A DNA stretch of 64,000 nucleotides from Glaucostegus cemiculus (taxonomy: Eukaryota). The first letter of the stretch is position 1; every line of letters starts with the position of its first letter. Both the position numbers and the translations under genes were made by a program. The notes beneath the pieces were generated by a model that was not told the DNA's origin, made no database searches, and was given only the letters and a program-made list of their open reading frames with translations. Positions 26,501 through 41,500 of the stretch are shown here, one piece after another. The stretch covers positions 13,888,001-13,952,000 of the forward strand of contig CDPCPM010000056.1 in assembly GCA_976551045.1 (NCBI GenBank), in the 5' to 3' direction.

Positions 26501-29500
26501 GTGAGACTAGAACTAGGGGACTTAGACTCAAGATTCGGGGGAGTAGATTTAAGATGGAGATGAGGAGGAACTGCTTTTCTCAGAGAGTAGTGCATCTGTG
26601 GAATTCTCTACCCAAGGAAGGCATAGAGGCTACCTTATTAAATATATTTAAGACAAAGTTCGATAGATTTTTGCACAGTAGGGGAACTAAGGGTTACGAG
26701 GAAAAGGCAGGTAGGTGGAGCTGAGTCCACGGCCAGATCAGCCATGATCTTATTGAATGGTGGAGCAGGCTCGACGGGCCAATGGCCTACTCCTGCTCCT
26801 ATTTCTTTTGTTCTTACGTCCCACAGTATTACTACAGAACAGCAGAGTTAAACCTAATGCCTTGGTCAATATTTATCCCTCAATCAAGACTTCTGAAAAA
26901 CAGATTATCTAATCCTTACACTTACACACTTTCATGAACTGGTTGATCACTTAGACTGCCTGTTTGAATGCTGAGCAATCAATCTCTACATCTCAGAATC
27001 AAATGTTATCATGTAAAGAAAAAATGTCAGTCTGCGGTGTAAGGTTTGCTGGTGTGTGCACTGATAGGAGTGGTGAAATATTAGGAGTTTCAAAATTGTC
27101 AACTGTTCATGTGAGCTGCAAATCATAAGTCCGATTTCATTTTACACAGCAGCTACATTAGCTGCTGTAATAATAGAGATAATAGTTGTATCATTTTCAC
27201 ACAGATTTTCAGTGATGCCCAGGATGGAAGAAGGACAAACATTATCTACCTGGCACCTGTAAATCAGGTGCAGCAGAAGTGAACTCATAGTCCACAGTTT
27301 GTATGGATATTTCAGTCTTTTAAATCCATTTGGGATAGATCTTGGTCTTTAGCAGCCAAGCATTAAGTAATGTCTTGATGTAAAGGGAAGTCCTTGTAAG
27401 ACAGCCTAACAGTTACAGAAACCATCTGATTCTTCTTTCTGCATTCACGTTGAAAGTAAAACCTGGCATGATCTGTAAGAGCAATTAATCCTCCCTGTGA
27501 GATTGTCCTCTGCACATGCCGTCAAGGTGATGCTGAACTCCCAAAAATCTGCTCCTATGCCTATACATTAAATATATGGATTATGGATTATATCAGTAAA
27601 ATAACATGATTAACGAATGTTGATAAATTGAGGCAACATTAGCTACATACCTGAAACCAGATCTTTTTCCCAAACAATGTGGTAGATGGCAAGAGAGGTT
27701 TAAAGAATCGAGCTACAATGACACCAATATTGGCTGTAGTCACCCATGCAATAAACATTAATGATCCTAAGAGGAAAAAATTTAAAATGGATTTTTAATA
27801 GCACACTGGAATATAACCTTAAAGGTCTTATTAAATTAAACCAGCAAAAGACTTAATTTCTCTTGTACCCTTGCCCAGGCATCTTCACTAATTTGCTGAT
27901 AATTAATCATTTGTGATACTGCTCCCTCATTAATAAAACATTCCATAATTTAGTGATTGAACCCTTACATTTCAAATTTACATTAAAAACAAATACCATA
28001 ACTGTGTCGATATCCAGGCAACTTGGTTCAGTTGCTGTGACATAAAGAAGCATTGGGATATATATAATGGCTGGAGCAGTTCCCTCACACATTCGAAAAT
28101 CACATTTCCCTCAATGTCAAACTTACCCGATAAGAAATCGAGCTTAGTGGATCCAAAAGCAAGGGATCAAAGCTCAGCAGTCAAGTGTGGAGAGGAAGGC
28201 AGGAATCATGAACTTTGTTGCCTTCAATCATGTGAGTAAACAAAGCTCACTGAAGACTTTATAAACATCTTCAGTCAAAAGTGCCAGTGGAAGGACATTG
28301 CACTGTCTCCCCCTGAGATTCTCACTACCACACTCAGCCCACTTGTGTCATTAACAAACAGTTGAGAACATAGGACTCAATACAGGCCCAAAAGCATCCA
28401 TATTACTACACAATAAAACCATCATAACCCCAGCCAGGCCTCCCAATGTGACCACAGACTGACAATTGCTGAAAAGGTGAACAATTTATCAACTGTATCC
28501 TAACTAATAAAACAGGACAAATCTAACTTGACTATCACAGAAAATGCTAGAAGTAAAGAAGCAAAAGTGAAGGTTTCAGATCAGTGGTCTTTCATCAGGT
28601 CTCTCTCCCCAGATGCTATGTGACCTGCTGGGCATTTTCAGCATTTTCTGTTCTTATTTTGGATTTCTAGTATCTATTGTATTTTGTTATGGGTTGGACC
28701 AATTATCGCCTCATCATCCTTCTTCGAACAAATGGCAAATCAACAGAATCATCAATAAAACTAAATACATTAATAAATAATTGTCACTGACACACCTTTC
28801 ACAACTGGGAGATACACCAGATGTGCTCCCAAACATCAAAGGCCTTCATTCATCATTCTTGTATATATTGCTGAGATCAAAAGTGAAAGCTCAGGCGAAC
28901 ATATTTCCCCATCCACTGAGAATGCTCAACTTAGAACATAGAACATAGAACATAGATACCTACAGCACAATTCAGGCCCTTCGGCCCACAAAGCTTTGCC
29001 GAACATATCCCCACACTATTAGGCTTACCCATAACCTTCTATCTTATTTACCTCCATGTACCTATCCAACAGTCTCTTGAAAGACCCCAACGTATCCGCC
29101 TCCACCACCATCTCCGGCAGCCCATTCCACGCACTCACCACTCTCTGAGTAAAAAACTTACCCCTAACATCTCCCCTATATCTTCCCCCCAGCACCTTAA
29201 ACCTATGTCCTCCTGTGGCCACCATTTCAGCCCTAGGGAAAAGCCTCCGACTATCTACCCTTTCCATACCTCTCATCATCTTATATACCTCAATCAGGTT
29301 CCCCCTCATCCTCCTCCTTGCCAAGGAGAAAAGGCCGAGTTCCTGCAGCCTGCTCTCATAAGGCATGCTCCTCATTCCAGGCAGCATCCTCATAAACCTC
29401 CTCGTAAACCCTTGCAGGGTTTTGAGTTCAAATATAGTCCTTAGTTCCATAATTATTATTTTAGTATTGGTCACAGAGAATCTTCTTGCAGAAAACAAAA

Positions 29501-32500
29501 GAGGAAATAATTGTGAGCCATAACATATGGTGGAAACTGAGAGAACTAACCGTGAGCCTTAATGTATCGTGGAGACCGAGAACCCTGCAGTTCTTTAGGA
29601 GAACCATGTAAATGTACTTTCCCTTGTGTAATCAGTGGTTGCCGATGATGTTTATGAATTCTTCCTTTAATAGGAATAAAACAACAATAATTATATTACA
29701 TTTGTTAGGAAAATTTGCCAATATTTTGATACTTAGGTAGTTAATGCAATGTTCCAGGAATAGTTATAATGAATCTAATATAATAAAAAAAACTTAACTA
29801 GCAATAGTCCCTATGGTAAAATGTATCAGAGTACAGGCTAAATTTTAATTAAGTGAAAGTAAATATTATTACCTATAGTTGAACATCAATAAAACATCAG
29901 TTTAATAATGTTAAAACTATTTAAACTAGTTTTGCAACAGAACAGTTGGAAAGTATATGATGCATACCGCAGCCATTCCAGCCAGGTTGCACAGATAAAA
30001 GGATGAGGGTCTAGTATTGCAATGCATAAAAAATGCAAACAAACCTTTCTGTCCTATAGGCCCATACATGCCTCCTCATGCCAATCCCGCCCCCACTAAT
30101 CATTATCTAACAGCATCAACACAACATTCCATATCTTTCTGCCTTGCATCTGTATTTGGCTTCCCTTTGAATTAATCTACGCTTTTTGCCTCAACCACTC
30201 CCTGCAGTTGTTTCTGCATTCTAACCATATAATGCGTAAAGAGACTTCCAAATTACCTGTTAGATTTATTAGTGTATACCTTCTATTTCTAATTCCTTGT
30301 TCTGGACTTGCCAGCCATAAAAATATTTTCTCTATATTTAGCCTACAAAATAATCTTAGAGTATTTCAGGCCTTTAGCAGGTCACTTTTTTCACATTTTC
30401 ACAGTTCTGTATTGTTCACAGTCTAACATGAGTGTGGTCTAACCAAATTACTACACAAACTGCAGAGAGAAGCAGTTACAATCGGGCTCTGATTGGAGAT
30501 TTTCCTTGATTTGCATCCAGTGACAAGGAAACAAATGAGAACAATATTAGACCCAATGATTTAGGCTGGGAAATGAAAAGGGCATGCAGACCATAATCCA
30601 GCACAAGCACATTCAAGAGAAGAGAGCAGAACATCACAAAACAGATACTCCACAAGAAAGGTTTCTTGTACTGAATTTCCTTATGAATAGATCAATGGAA
30701 ATTCAGAGCAATCAAACATTGTGGTAGGTTTTACAGTTTTTTTCTTTCCCTTTAGGCTGAAGTCCTAATTGGCGCCTCTGTTGCAACTGCATCAGGAGCA
30801 TTACAATGTGATTCTTTCCCCGCTGTTTTACAAAGAGTGTTGAGAGTATCATCCCACAAGGTGGTGCTCAGCTCTTGCACAGCAAATAGAATCGACTTTT
30901 ACTTAGAGTCATTATTCTAGATCCAAACAATTCCAGTGCAGTATTCTGATGGATGGCATTGACTCCATCTGTGATTTATGTCTGGCATTCCTGGAACTGC
31001 AGAGGAGATGACAAGCCCAGTCTCATCCTCTGCTCATCCCATCAATTCTGTCCTCTGATCATCCAGTCTATTCTGTTATTTATTCATCCCATCAATTCCA
31101 CTGCCTGCTAATCCCACAATTCCATCTTTCAGCAGTAAATCCAGAACAGTAATCAGGGGGTCCAAACCCCAGCCATGTTTTCCCAGAACACCTTGGCCAC
31201 TTCCAGTGTCATCCTAGCAAAGAACAGCAACTTCCACCACAGACTAATGCTCTAATGCTGCACTAGCCTTTGAGCAGGGGTGCTGCCTGAACTGAGCTGG
31301 GCAACAGCAGCGTGGTGTGCCACTTTGTGTGGTGAACAGAGAAGGTGACAGGATTATGTTAACCTGGGGGCAGTTGGGATGTCCAAATGTTTCTGGATTA
31401 GTGAAGAGGCAACAAATATGTCTGTAAACTGGATAGTTCAATGAGGAGATTAGCTCTGTGAATTTTGGGAAAGGCATTAGATGAACAATATCCCTAGTGA
31501 AGGGAGGAGGAAAATGCCTTTGTAAAGCAAGGGAATGACCATTGTGTTTACCTTCAGAGATGTAGTAATTTGGATGGCCCATCAAATATGGATAAAACCC
31601 TGTATCACTGTACTGTTAAATAAATTCAAGCTGTTCAGGTCTCTCAGCGGTATCACTAACTATGCATGCTGCAGATCTGCTTACTCTACATTGTCTGTAA
31701 GCGGCAAACCCACCATTTTCTGCTTTCCCTTCTGCCAGGAAAATGTAATATCGCCTGTCCAGGTCAAAGCGTTCACTATATTTAGGGAGCCGAATATTTC
31801 TTCTGAATGAACACTGGATCACCCCATCTTCCAACCTCCATGCCATGTCATAAATAGAAACCTGACAAAAAATAATCGTTGTTATAATTATTTCCAAGTT
31901 GAGATATCTGTTGCCATTGAATAGCATAAAAAAGAACATATGAACATTAAAATAAAAGAGTAAGAGGAGTCCATCCCCACATTAAGTTCAATTTTTCCAG
32001 AATCTAGGTCTAGTGTTTTATCTTAATCTTCCATCTATTGAATCCTATTTTAGGAAACTCTGGATGGATCATAGAAGGACAACATACTGTTGTTCAGGGT
32101 GAACGTCTTCCTCTTAATTTCTTTTTGTAAAAAATTTTAGTAAACATTTATCTCCCCTTCTCAACAGTTGTCAATATCACACCCTCTTCAGCTTGCTAAT
32201 TAACCCTGAATCATTTAACTTTTCCAGGATGCTTTTATACAAGTCCACTGTTTTTGGAACATGAGATTTTCTTTGCTCAAGGCTATGAATATATTGTTGT
32301 TTTATTGCGTGTGAGCTGGAGAATGCCCTACTCATCTTGGAATTGTACACAGCAAACTTGTAGTCAAAAGCCCCATTTAGGCAGGTAGGTGGAAAATTTG
32401 GATTCACTGCACCTACCTGTGAGCTCAGTATTGGATGTGAGCGGCCAGTGGAACGGGCTGGATTGATCTGCACACTTTGATCATTAACAACGCATAAATA

Positions 32501-35500
32501 AACATCATCATCACCCTGTAACAGAAGATTTTTAATTACATATAAATTCAAGTTCAACCATGTCAACATACCAATGAATCAGCTTGCTGTGATTTTTTTT
32601 ATTGTCTACTTTATTTGCTCATTGACAAAATGAAATAAGCTTGGAGAATATATTGCAGGCTCGTGTATCCTTGACCACCTTGTGCAGTGTTCTTTATTAT
32701 TAACTCTATGTTATATTATGGCCTCACTTTTATTATTACTGGAAACCTCAATAGGGAAGATTTTGAGGCCTCCCACCTGGCATTTCACCCAAAATGTTAG
32801 GGGATGCAATGTTGTCGTGCATTCCCTCCATCAGTCCCACCAGCCTTACGCTGAGGAATCAGTATACATTGTGACCATCATTCAATTACTGCCCAAGCAA
32901 AGAGGCTCCCAAAGGTAAGATGAAGGAGCAGAGAGGAACAGAAGTTCACCTGCAGGCTTCACAAAAGCAGACAAGATTGTTGTGCTTCAGCAGCTGTTTT
33001 ATGGGGAGACTGGCAGATCCTTCCCGCTCTTTCTAGCCACACAATAATATCAACAATTTCCAGTAACGTAGCATCTTTATGGAGCAAAGCTTCCCAAGGT
33101 GCCTCACAAAAGCGTTATCATACATAAATTGATGCTAAGACACATTGTAGGTTCTCAGGAAGATGACCAAAAGCGTGGTTAAGCAGGTAGGTTTTATGGA
33201 GATTCTTACAGAGTAAGACTGCAGAGAGATCTGGGGAAGGAATCCCAGAGCTTGGGGACACTTGATGCTGAAGGCAAGATTGCTAATGGCAGAGCAATTT
33301 CATTGTGGATGCTCAAGAGGACAGAATTACAGAAGTACAGATATCTCTAAGAGTTATATGACAGGAGGAGATTGCAAAGATGGGGACTGGTAAGTAACAG
33401 AGGGATTTAAAAAGGATGGTACATTTAAAATCAAGGCATTGCTTAATTAGGAAACAGTGTAGGTTACAAGCTCAGAGGTGACAGGTGAAGAAAGCTTGGT
33501 GAAATTCAAGATATGGACAGCAGGGTTTTGGATGATCTCAAAGTTACAGGTGTCCAGGACTGCAGTGGAAGAGTATTTTCTGAAGAAAGCAAAGGCATGA
33601 ATAAGAATTATGGTTGGGGTTGGAGAATGTTAAGAAAATGAAAAAAAAAGAGATTAAAGTAGGGTTAGTGTAAATGAGTGGTTGATGGTTGGTGCAGACT
33701 CATTGGTCTGAAGGACCTGTTTCTACCTTCTATGATTCTATGAGGGCGAGGATGTTAACAGCCTGAGGGAGGGGCAGAGAAGTATGCTGAAAGTTCTAGG
33801 AAACAATGAATACAAATGCTGGTCCATGTTTTTGCAGGGACTTAGTGCTAACAACATAGGCAAATTCTCCTCAAGGAGATGAATTAATAACACAGCCTCT
33901 GGTCCTTAACAACTGGTATAATCAATGTAAAATAATCCAGTGCAACCAAGATTTTATTTTGCCATAATACTCACCATCCATTTGTCATCTGACAGGGCAA
34001 ATGAGATGTACCCATTAGATGGTCCACTCAACTCAAAAAGCACTGAAGAGCCTTGCACTGCAAAGGAGAGGAAGAAGCACAATCTGTCGAGCTCAGGGTC
34101 ACATCCGGTAGGATTCCGCAGGCAGGATTTCTTATCACCACAGCCTGTAGCATTAAACTAGCAACATAAGAAGCTAAAATAGGTCATTGATTCTTAATAA
34201 TTCAATCTAACTACATAAAGAATTTAGATTGTAAACCATCAGCCTGATTTGAAAAAACGTCTGGAAATTGTTGAGCATATAAAATCCCTTCTGAAAGAGC
34301 AAAAGTAGTTAAAATAGACTGCTTATCTGACTTACTTAACTGATGGTGGGAGATCGAGGAGAATTTCATGGAATGTCCTTCACAAAGGATTTTGTTTGCT
34401 TTAGTGTTAGAATTCATTTGACTACATGGGAGGGAATGATTTCAGATGGCACAAGGGTGTGCACACTGCAAAACTGTCAATGTACAAAACTCATTAAGAG
34501 ATATTGGGGACTTAATGGTAAGGTCCACACTAACTAAATCCTACATCTGAAATGGAGGCAGCCTGACATGTGCTGGGCACCTATCTGAGGAATCTTCTTA
34601 TTATTGTATGTATTTACCCTCGCCACAGGTCTCCCCAAGTCCCACATCCCCCACTGCAGCTACAACTCCCATTTCCCGCTGATTGCTAGATCAGCCTCAC
34701 CCTTCCATTGCCCTGACGCGCACCACCACCTCATAGCATCATAGAGTTGTACAGCATAAAAACAAGCCCTGCAGCCCACCACGCCTATGTATCCACACAT
34801 CCCACTTGCATTAATTCCATATCTCTCTATGTCTTGCTCATTCAAGTACCTGTCCAGTTGCCTTTTCAATGCTGTTACTGTTCCTGCCTTTACTACCTCC
34901 TCCGGCAGCTTATTCCAGATACTAACTACTCTTTGTGTGATACATTTAGCCCTTAAATTCCCTTTAAACCTCCCTCCTCTCACCTTAAGGCTACGGCTCT
35001 AGTTTTAGACACTCCTACCATGGGAAATGGACTCTGGTTATCTATCCTTTCTATGCCTCTCATAATTTTATAAAGAGTAATATTGGATAAGAATAATATT
35101 AAACAACCAAGCTTGTTTGTTTTCTATCCAGAAAAAAATTGATAAGAATGCTCAAGTACCACAGATGGAAATTACTGTATGAAAAAATTCTTGACCAAGA
35201 TAGTGGAATCCATTTCATTTCTTGGAAGACTGACACAAAGGATTTCTGTAAACTGCATCATTTTATGTAAAAGTTAAGCTTGATAAAGCAATTCAAAGTT
35301 TTCGAAAGTACTTGAACTAATTTGATGGCTACATAGATATTACATGATCACCTTCACATAGGTGCTCTTCTAGGGCTGTTTGGCATGCAGTTCCGAGTCT
35401 GATATACGCATATACAAATTAAATAAATACATGAAGAGTTCCCAAAATATTAAACCCATATGTGGAAAATCAACTTCAAATAAAGGATCACTTCTCATCT

Positions 35501-38500
35501 GGAATAAATCCAGAATAAATCCATTAAATCAAATTTGGTAAATTATCCATTTGTCCACTCAAAACATAAATCAATACTATTTTTACACATCCGATTCCAA
35601 CTCTCCATCTTCAACTGTGAACTCAAATCCTTAAACTATTTGAAGAGCACTTACTGGTTTAGCTAGCTGGGTGGCTGTTGGTAGTATCGGTGGAGACTCT
35701 GTTGCAGCCTGTTGTGACAGAGGAGGAGCATTTGCTTGAGAAACTACTGGACCACGTAATTTGACCCAGTAAGTATTGAACTTCTGAACTACTGTGGCCC
35801 TGGAAAGAAAAAAGTTAAAATTAAGAGAGAAATTCATTACTGTTACGCTGTTTTGTTTTAGGTTTTTAAAAAAAACTAAGGTATAAACACAGCAATGGCG
35901 AGATGGTGTGGTGTGGGAGGTGGACAATCTTTCATCCTTGATCTGCACCCAAAGTACAGTGGGTCAGCATTTTGAACAGGATGATGTTAAGTTACTGACA
36001 GCACCTGACTTGAAACCTGCCTGTAAGCTACCTGCAAGCAGCATTTCTCTGCACCTGGGCAGGAGGTGGATCAGTGACATTAAATTCAAGCCCAAAATGT
36101 ATTAATCTCTGCCCTACCTTCATCCTCAGTAGTGTTCTTAAAATACCATCATTTTTAAAATATGAAATTACAATACCCTTATAAGGCATAAACTTCTTTA
36201 CATTATGAGGTTAATTTTTTTTTTTGCACACCTCGCAAGTTAATTGTAAAGTGCAATCAATCACTTAATGTAATTGGGACTTATTAGTGCACAGAGTACA
36301 CAGTGAAACTTGGGTTTCTGTGCTTCAGTCTGTATGCACAAAGGACCTGTGTACACAGCTGTGATGCGAATCCTCATAAATGCACACTTGATATTGTCGC
36401 AGTTACACTGACTTTGATGAGGAAAGCCCAGACATGCATGCAATGAACTGCAATGTCTTTTACATGTTTGGTCACAGCTGGAACAAGCCATTCCCACCTC
36501 TTTGCAGACTGCAGGTTTGCGAGGAGGGTGTGGAGAAAGATGCAAGGGTGCTTGACACGGTTCATCCCCAGCAGCTGCATAACAGAGGACTCTCTGCTCT
36601 ATGGGCTGTTCCCGGGGACACACACAGAGACAGACATCAACTGCTGCTGGAAGGTCATCAACTCAGTGAAAGACACCCTTTGGTCTGCCCGAAAGTTGTT
36701 GGTCTGCCAGCACTGTGAGATGTCCGTAGAGGAATGCTGCCGACTGGCACATTCAAGGCTGCAGGAGTACGTGCTGAGGGACGCACTGAAGCTGGGCGCA
36801 GCCAGCGCAAGGGCTCGGTGGGAAAGGACAACAGTCTAGGGTTCTTCTGCCACAGGAGAGGGAGGGGCGGGGTCAGGCGAGGAAGCCCCTCAAATGTTGT
36901 AAATATGTGATTGGGGTACCACCCCAAGGGGCCACACGTATGGCATCGGTGTTGTGTTCCGTACATATAAAAAGGTAACACTAAGAATGGAAATGTACAC
37001 GAATGTAATGGTTTGAACTGTTTTTTTTATTATTGTATACAGTTTTTTATCATGAATAAAGTTTATTTTGTTAAAAAAAATAGTTTGAATTCATGCAGCA
37101 GCTTCAGAGGCCTGTTTAAGCACTATTTGGGACCTGTTTGGGGCATGGGCAAGCCACCTCAGATAGGTTCACTTTAAAGTGCTACAATGGATCTCCCTTT
37201 TTGACACCCACGTCCCACTTAACATTCTCTTCTATGCTAGGACACCTACCTCCTCAGCCCACAACCCCTGCCATGTAAGAACATCACAGAATTTCTGCGC
37301 AATCCCATCTGTCTGATCACTGCTCTATGACCTAACCTCTCATGAGTACCAAATTGCAGGTCATCTAACACTTCTCCCCCCCCCACCCCCCCACCACACC
37401 ACAATCAACATGATGCTTGACCCATGTCCTACCAACTTCCCAGCCTGACTCTCATCTCAGCACTCCTACTGATCCTCACCCCAACACATGCTGATGTCCA
37501 GCAACTGACTGTCTGCCCTCAGCTTCTTGTCACATGTCCAGTCTGCTTCCCTTACCCCCATCCCACCCTAGACCTGTGACTCATCCCCCAAGTCAGCAGA
37601 ATTTCAGAGTGCATGAGGGAGAGGCCTTATGCTAGATTAGAACTATTCAATACATGTGCACAACATAACATAACCTAATGCATTTTACAACAACAGGCCC
37701 CTGAAATGTTTGTTGGCCTTTTTCACACTTCTCTATCAATGTGCTTAAACAGGAGCTATTCAATTTCTAAGCATTAGAAGTTGCACCCACGCTTTCATTA
37801 ATTTGCATGTTAGTGTAGCGGTTAGTGTAACACTTTACAGCGCTAGCAACCTGGGTTCAACTCTGGCCACTGTCTGTAAGGAGTTTGTATGTTCTCCCCG
37901 TGTCTGTGTTGGTTTCCTCTGGGTGCTCTGGTTTCCTCCCGTATTCCAAAGACGTACAGGTTAGGAAGTTGTGGGCATGCTATGTTGGCGCTGGAAGCAT
38001 GGCAACACTTGTGAGCTGCCCCCAGAACACTCTATGCAAAAAGATGTAATTCACTGTGTGTTTCGATGTACATGTGACTAATAAAGATATCTTACCTTAT
38101 CTATGTCTTGGACATACAACAAATACTGCTGAAAAATGTGGCTAGCTTATAACAGTTTTAACTTATCCAGTGAATATTGTTTGTTAAGTATACTGCAATG
38201 CTTACAGGAATTGGATGTGATCTGGTTTTGGTAGGGGTGGATTCCAAAGCACCTCAACTGTGTGTTTTCCTGATGAGCTTGTGTGACTGACTGCTGAGTC
38301 CTATGGAAAAGAGACAATGCTCAACATAAGCTGTATGACACATAGATTAGATATATCAAAGCACTTTAAGTTAGAGATTGTTCCACACCATTTTTTGTTG
38401 TTTGAGCAGCATTGTGAGTCATCCTAATGCCGCACAAGAAACAACTTCAATTGCAATTTATAGACAGCGCTGTTGGGCTCCCCTGTGTAATGTTGTTCTG

Positions 38501-41500
38501 ACACTAACATTGTCGGTTTCAGAGTAGCATTCTCTGCTGATCTAATATCAAAATGTTACACAGCAGATGGGATCTCTGCAGGCAACTCACTCAGCAACAC
38601 TCTCTTGCTAGAAGGGAGTGCTGATGATGAATTAATTGGTTAGAGGTAGTGGGGATGGTGCGGAGTGGTGGGTTGAGGGGTTGGGAGGTGATGGGGGATG
38701 GGAGGTGTGTGTGGAAGAGTGCTCCTAGGAGTTCAGAGGGACTTGGACTTGGACAGGCCAGTGAAGGAGAGTGCCTGCAGGGGACATCTTAGAGGCATAG
38801 ATTCTTGAAGTGGTACAGCGTGAAAACAGATCCTTCTGTCCCCTAAGTTCATGCCGACCATCACCCATTTACACAAACCCTACTTTAATCTTTTTTTCTT
38901 TTTTCCTCCACTCTCCCATCCACACTAGGAGCAGATACCAATGGCCAATTAACCCAGCAATCTGTACATCTTTGGGATGTGGAAGGCAACCAGAGCACCA
39001 GGTGGAAACCCAAGCAATCGCAGGGAAAACTCCATCCAGACAGCAGTAGAGGTCAGGATAAGCATCATGCAGACTCTACAGAGCTGCAGGCAGGTACTCC
39101 TGACAGGAGGTAGCTAGGGATGTCTCCATGAGGGGATAAGCGTTGTCTCTTATTTCCCCAACTTGGGGAAGCCAATGCAGGTAAATGACCTTGCCCCTTC
39201 TGCCTGTTCCTACAGAATGAAGAGAACGTAGATGAAATCACCTTATGGATTGAGTTTGGGTGACCTCCCAAATGCAGCGGTGTGTAGCAAACTGTGATAC
39301 ACGGCAAAGATCTGTACTCTGTACTAACAGAGTACTCTGCCCTCTGCACCATGTAATGAATTGACCTGTACAATTGGTATGCAAGACAAGTGTTCACGGT
39401 ACTTCGGTACAAGTGACAATAATAAACCAATACCAATACCAAGATCTTCAGCATAAGCCTGGAATGATCCCGAGGCTAGGAACCTGAGAGTATCCTTGAC
39501 CTTGACCCTCATGGGCAAAGCAATCCGGGCACTCATGAAAAGGTATATTTAATATCTCCATGTTGGCACAGCAGTTAAATTACTGCACTAGAGACTCAAA
39601 GACCTGAGTTCATATTGCACGATCACAGATCTGGAATTTAAATGCAGTTAACAATTTAGTGATCTGTGAACACCAGATTATCAGATTGTTGTACAAACCT
39701 AATGATCTTCAGGGAAGGAAACTAGTCATCCTTACCCAGTCTGGGCCTGTATATGTCTCCAGACTCACCAATGTGGCTCATTTTTAAATGTCCTCTAAAA
39801 TGGCCTAGCAAATCATCTAATTCAAGGGCAATTAAATGCTAGCTTTGCCAATAATGCCCAGGTCTTGAAATATGAGTAAAATAATGCAGTTTGAGAGTTG
39901 GCCATTTAATATTACAGTTTCAGGAGCAAAATGCTTCATAAAAGCTAGTTGTTCTGCAAGTAAGAACTGACATCTTTGTTATGAGTGAGATTAAACATTT
40001 TGCTACAGGCAAAATTGTACATTTTATGCAATTGCTGGTGTTATTTAGGGGAATCTTACACCAGAACAAAAAAGCTAATGCAAAAAAAATTGAGGAAGGA
40101 AATTTCTCAGGAAGCACTGAGGCACCTAGAGGTATGTTCAAAATTGCTCTACTCTGGGTTAATCAATTTTTCAAAAACACAGCATCATTTTTTAAAGAGA
40201 AATGTGAATGAATTTCTTGCCATTTTGCTTTCTTACTTATCTGCACAGATTGTCTCTGAATCTTGCAATGATCCATTGGTCTATACTACAATTTGGATGG
40301 CTGCATAGAGCTTAAGGACTGAATCAGCAAGCTAGAGGCAATGATCTGGAGGAATATGTTCAAATCCCACGACCAGTTGGAGAATAACATTAATTTTATT
40401 AAAAATCTGCATAAACATCTACAAATATTAATGGTAAACAGAAAACCATTGGAATCTCGTAAAAACCCATCTGGTTTTGCAAAAAATGATTTTTGTAAAA
40501 GGAATATGTGAATCCAGACCCACAGCCGCATGATTAATTCTCATCTGCACTCTGAAATGGTCCAGCAAGCCATACAATCTAAGGGCATTTAGGGACAGGA
40601 AACAAATGTTGATCCTGCCATTGATGCCTACAGCCTGTTATGAATAAAAAAAACATTATTTTCTGATCTTATAACTTCTGCACCAGTTTTAAGATGGCAT
40701 ACATACCTTTACACCCCCACACATCAGGAGCTGGGAATTCTGATCATCAATCAAAGTAAAGGTCCCAAGAGGTCCTGCATTCAGATCAGCAGCATCTCGT
40801 GCTTGTATAAAAAATCCTTGGAATGAAGTTCCAGACTGCCTCACACTGAGGGTAACTGAACGTAAGGGAAAACAGTTTCAGAGAAGGGAAGCAAACAGTC
40901 CACATGCAAACAGTCACTATTATTGCAATCTGGAGATAACCAAAAGAGACAGGAAGGGCACCAGACCTGTCAAGTGGACAGGAGAATCATTGAGAGGTTC
41001 GTTCCTGACTTTCGCAAGATGACCAGTTCAAAAGCTGAAGTAAGCCTGTCACACCAGCTTTTGAATGTCATGGAAAGCAAAATAAATGAGAAAACCCATG
41101 GGACATGGTATTTCTAAATAAAATCTTTCCACACCTGCAATAATCCATTACCACCGATGCATCATTAATGTCTTTATTCCAGTGATCAATCTGCTTATGA
41201 CAATGTAATTATTGACCTTGGGGTGGTGGGATTGGTCAATGGAATCACAATTAAAAATAACTATCTCCCTTCTCCAACCCCTGGATTCGTTGTAGAGAAG
41301 GTAATCGAATTAAAGCTGTTGAGAGTTGGCCGGTGCCTGCTCTCAGTGATTGTTGGCACTTTCATGGGTGTGCATGGATGAAGTTGATAATCACCAAGGG
41401 GGTTCACAGAAACTTGCTGGTGACTGTTGATATTACAATTCACTGCACTACAGGGTTACTCACTTGCGACATATTTAGGCTCATGTAGTGTTAATGATGC

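Noticed and set aside
31364-31428. Possible extra FRRS1 exon (VYRHICC...CPQ|gttaac)
   Set aside because: No homology to FRRS1, and exons 7 and 8 join in phase without it.
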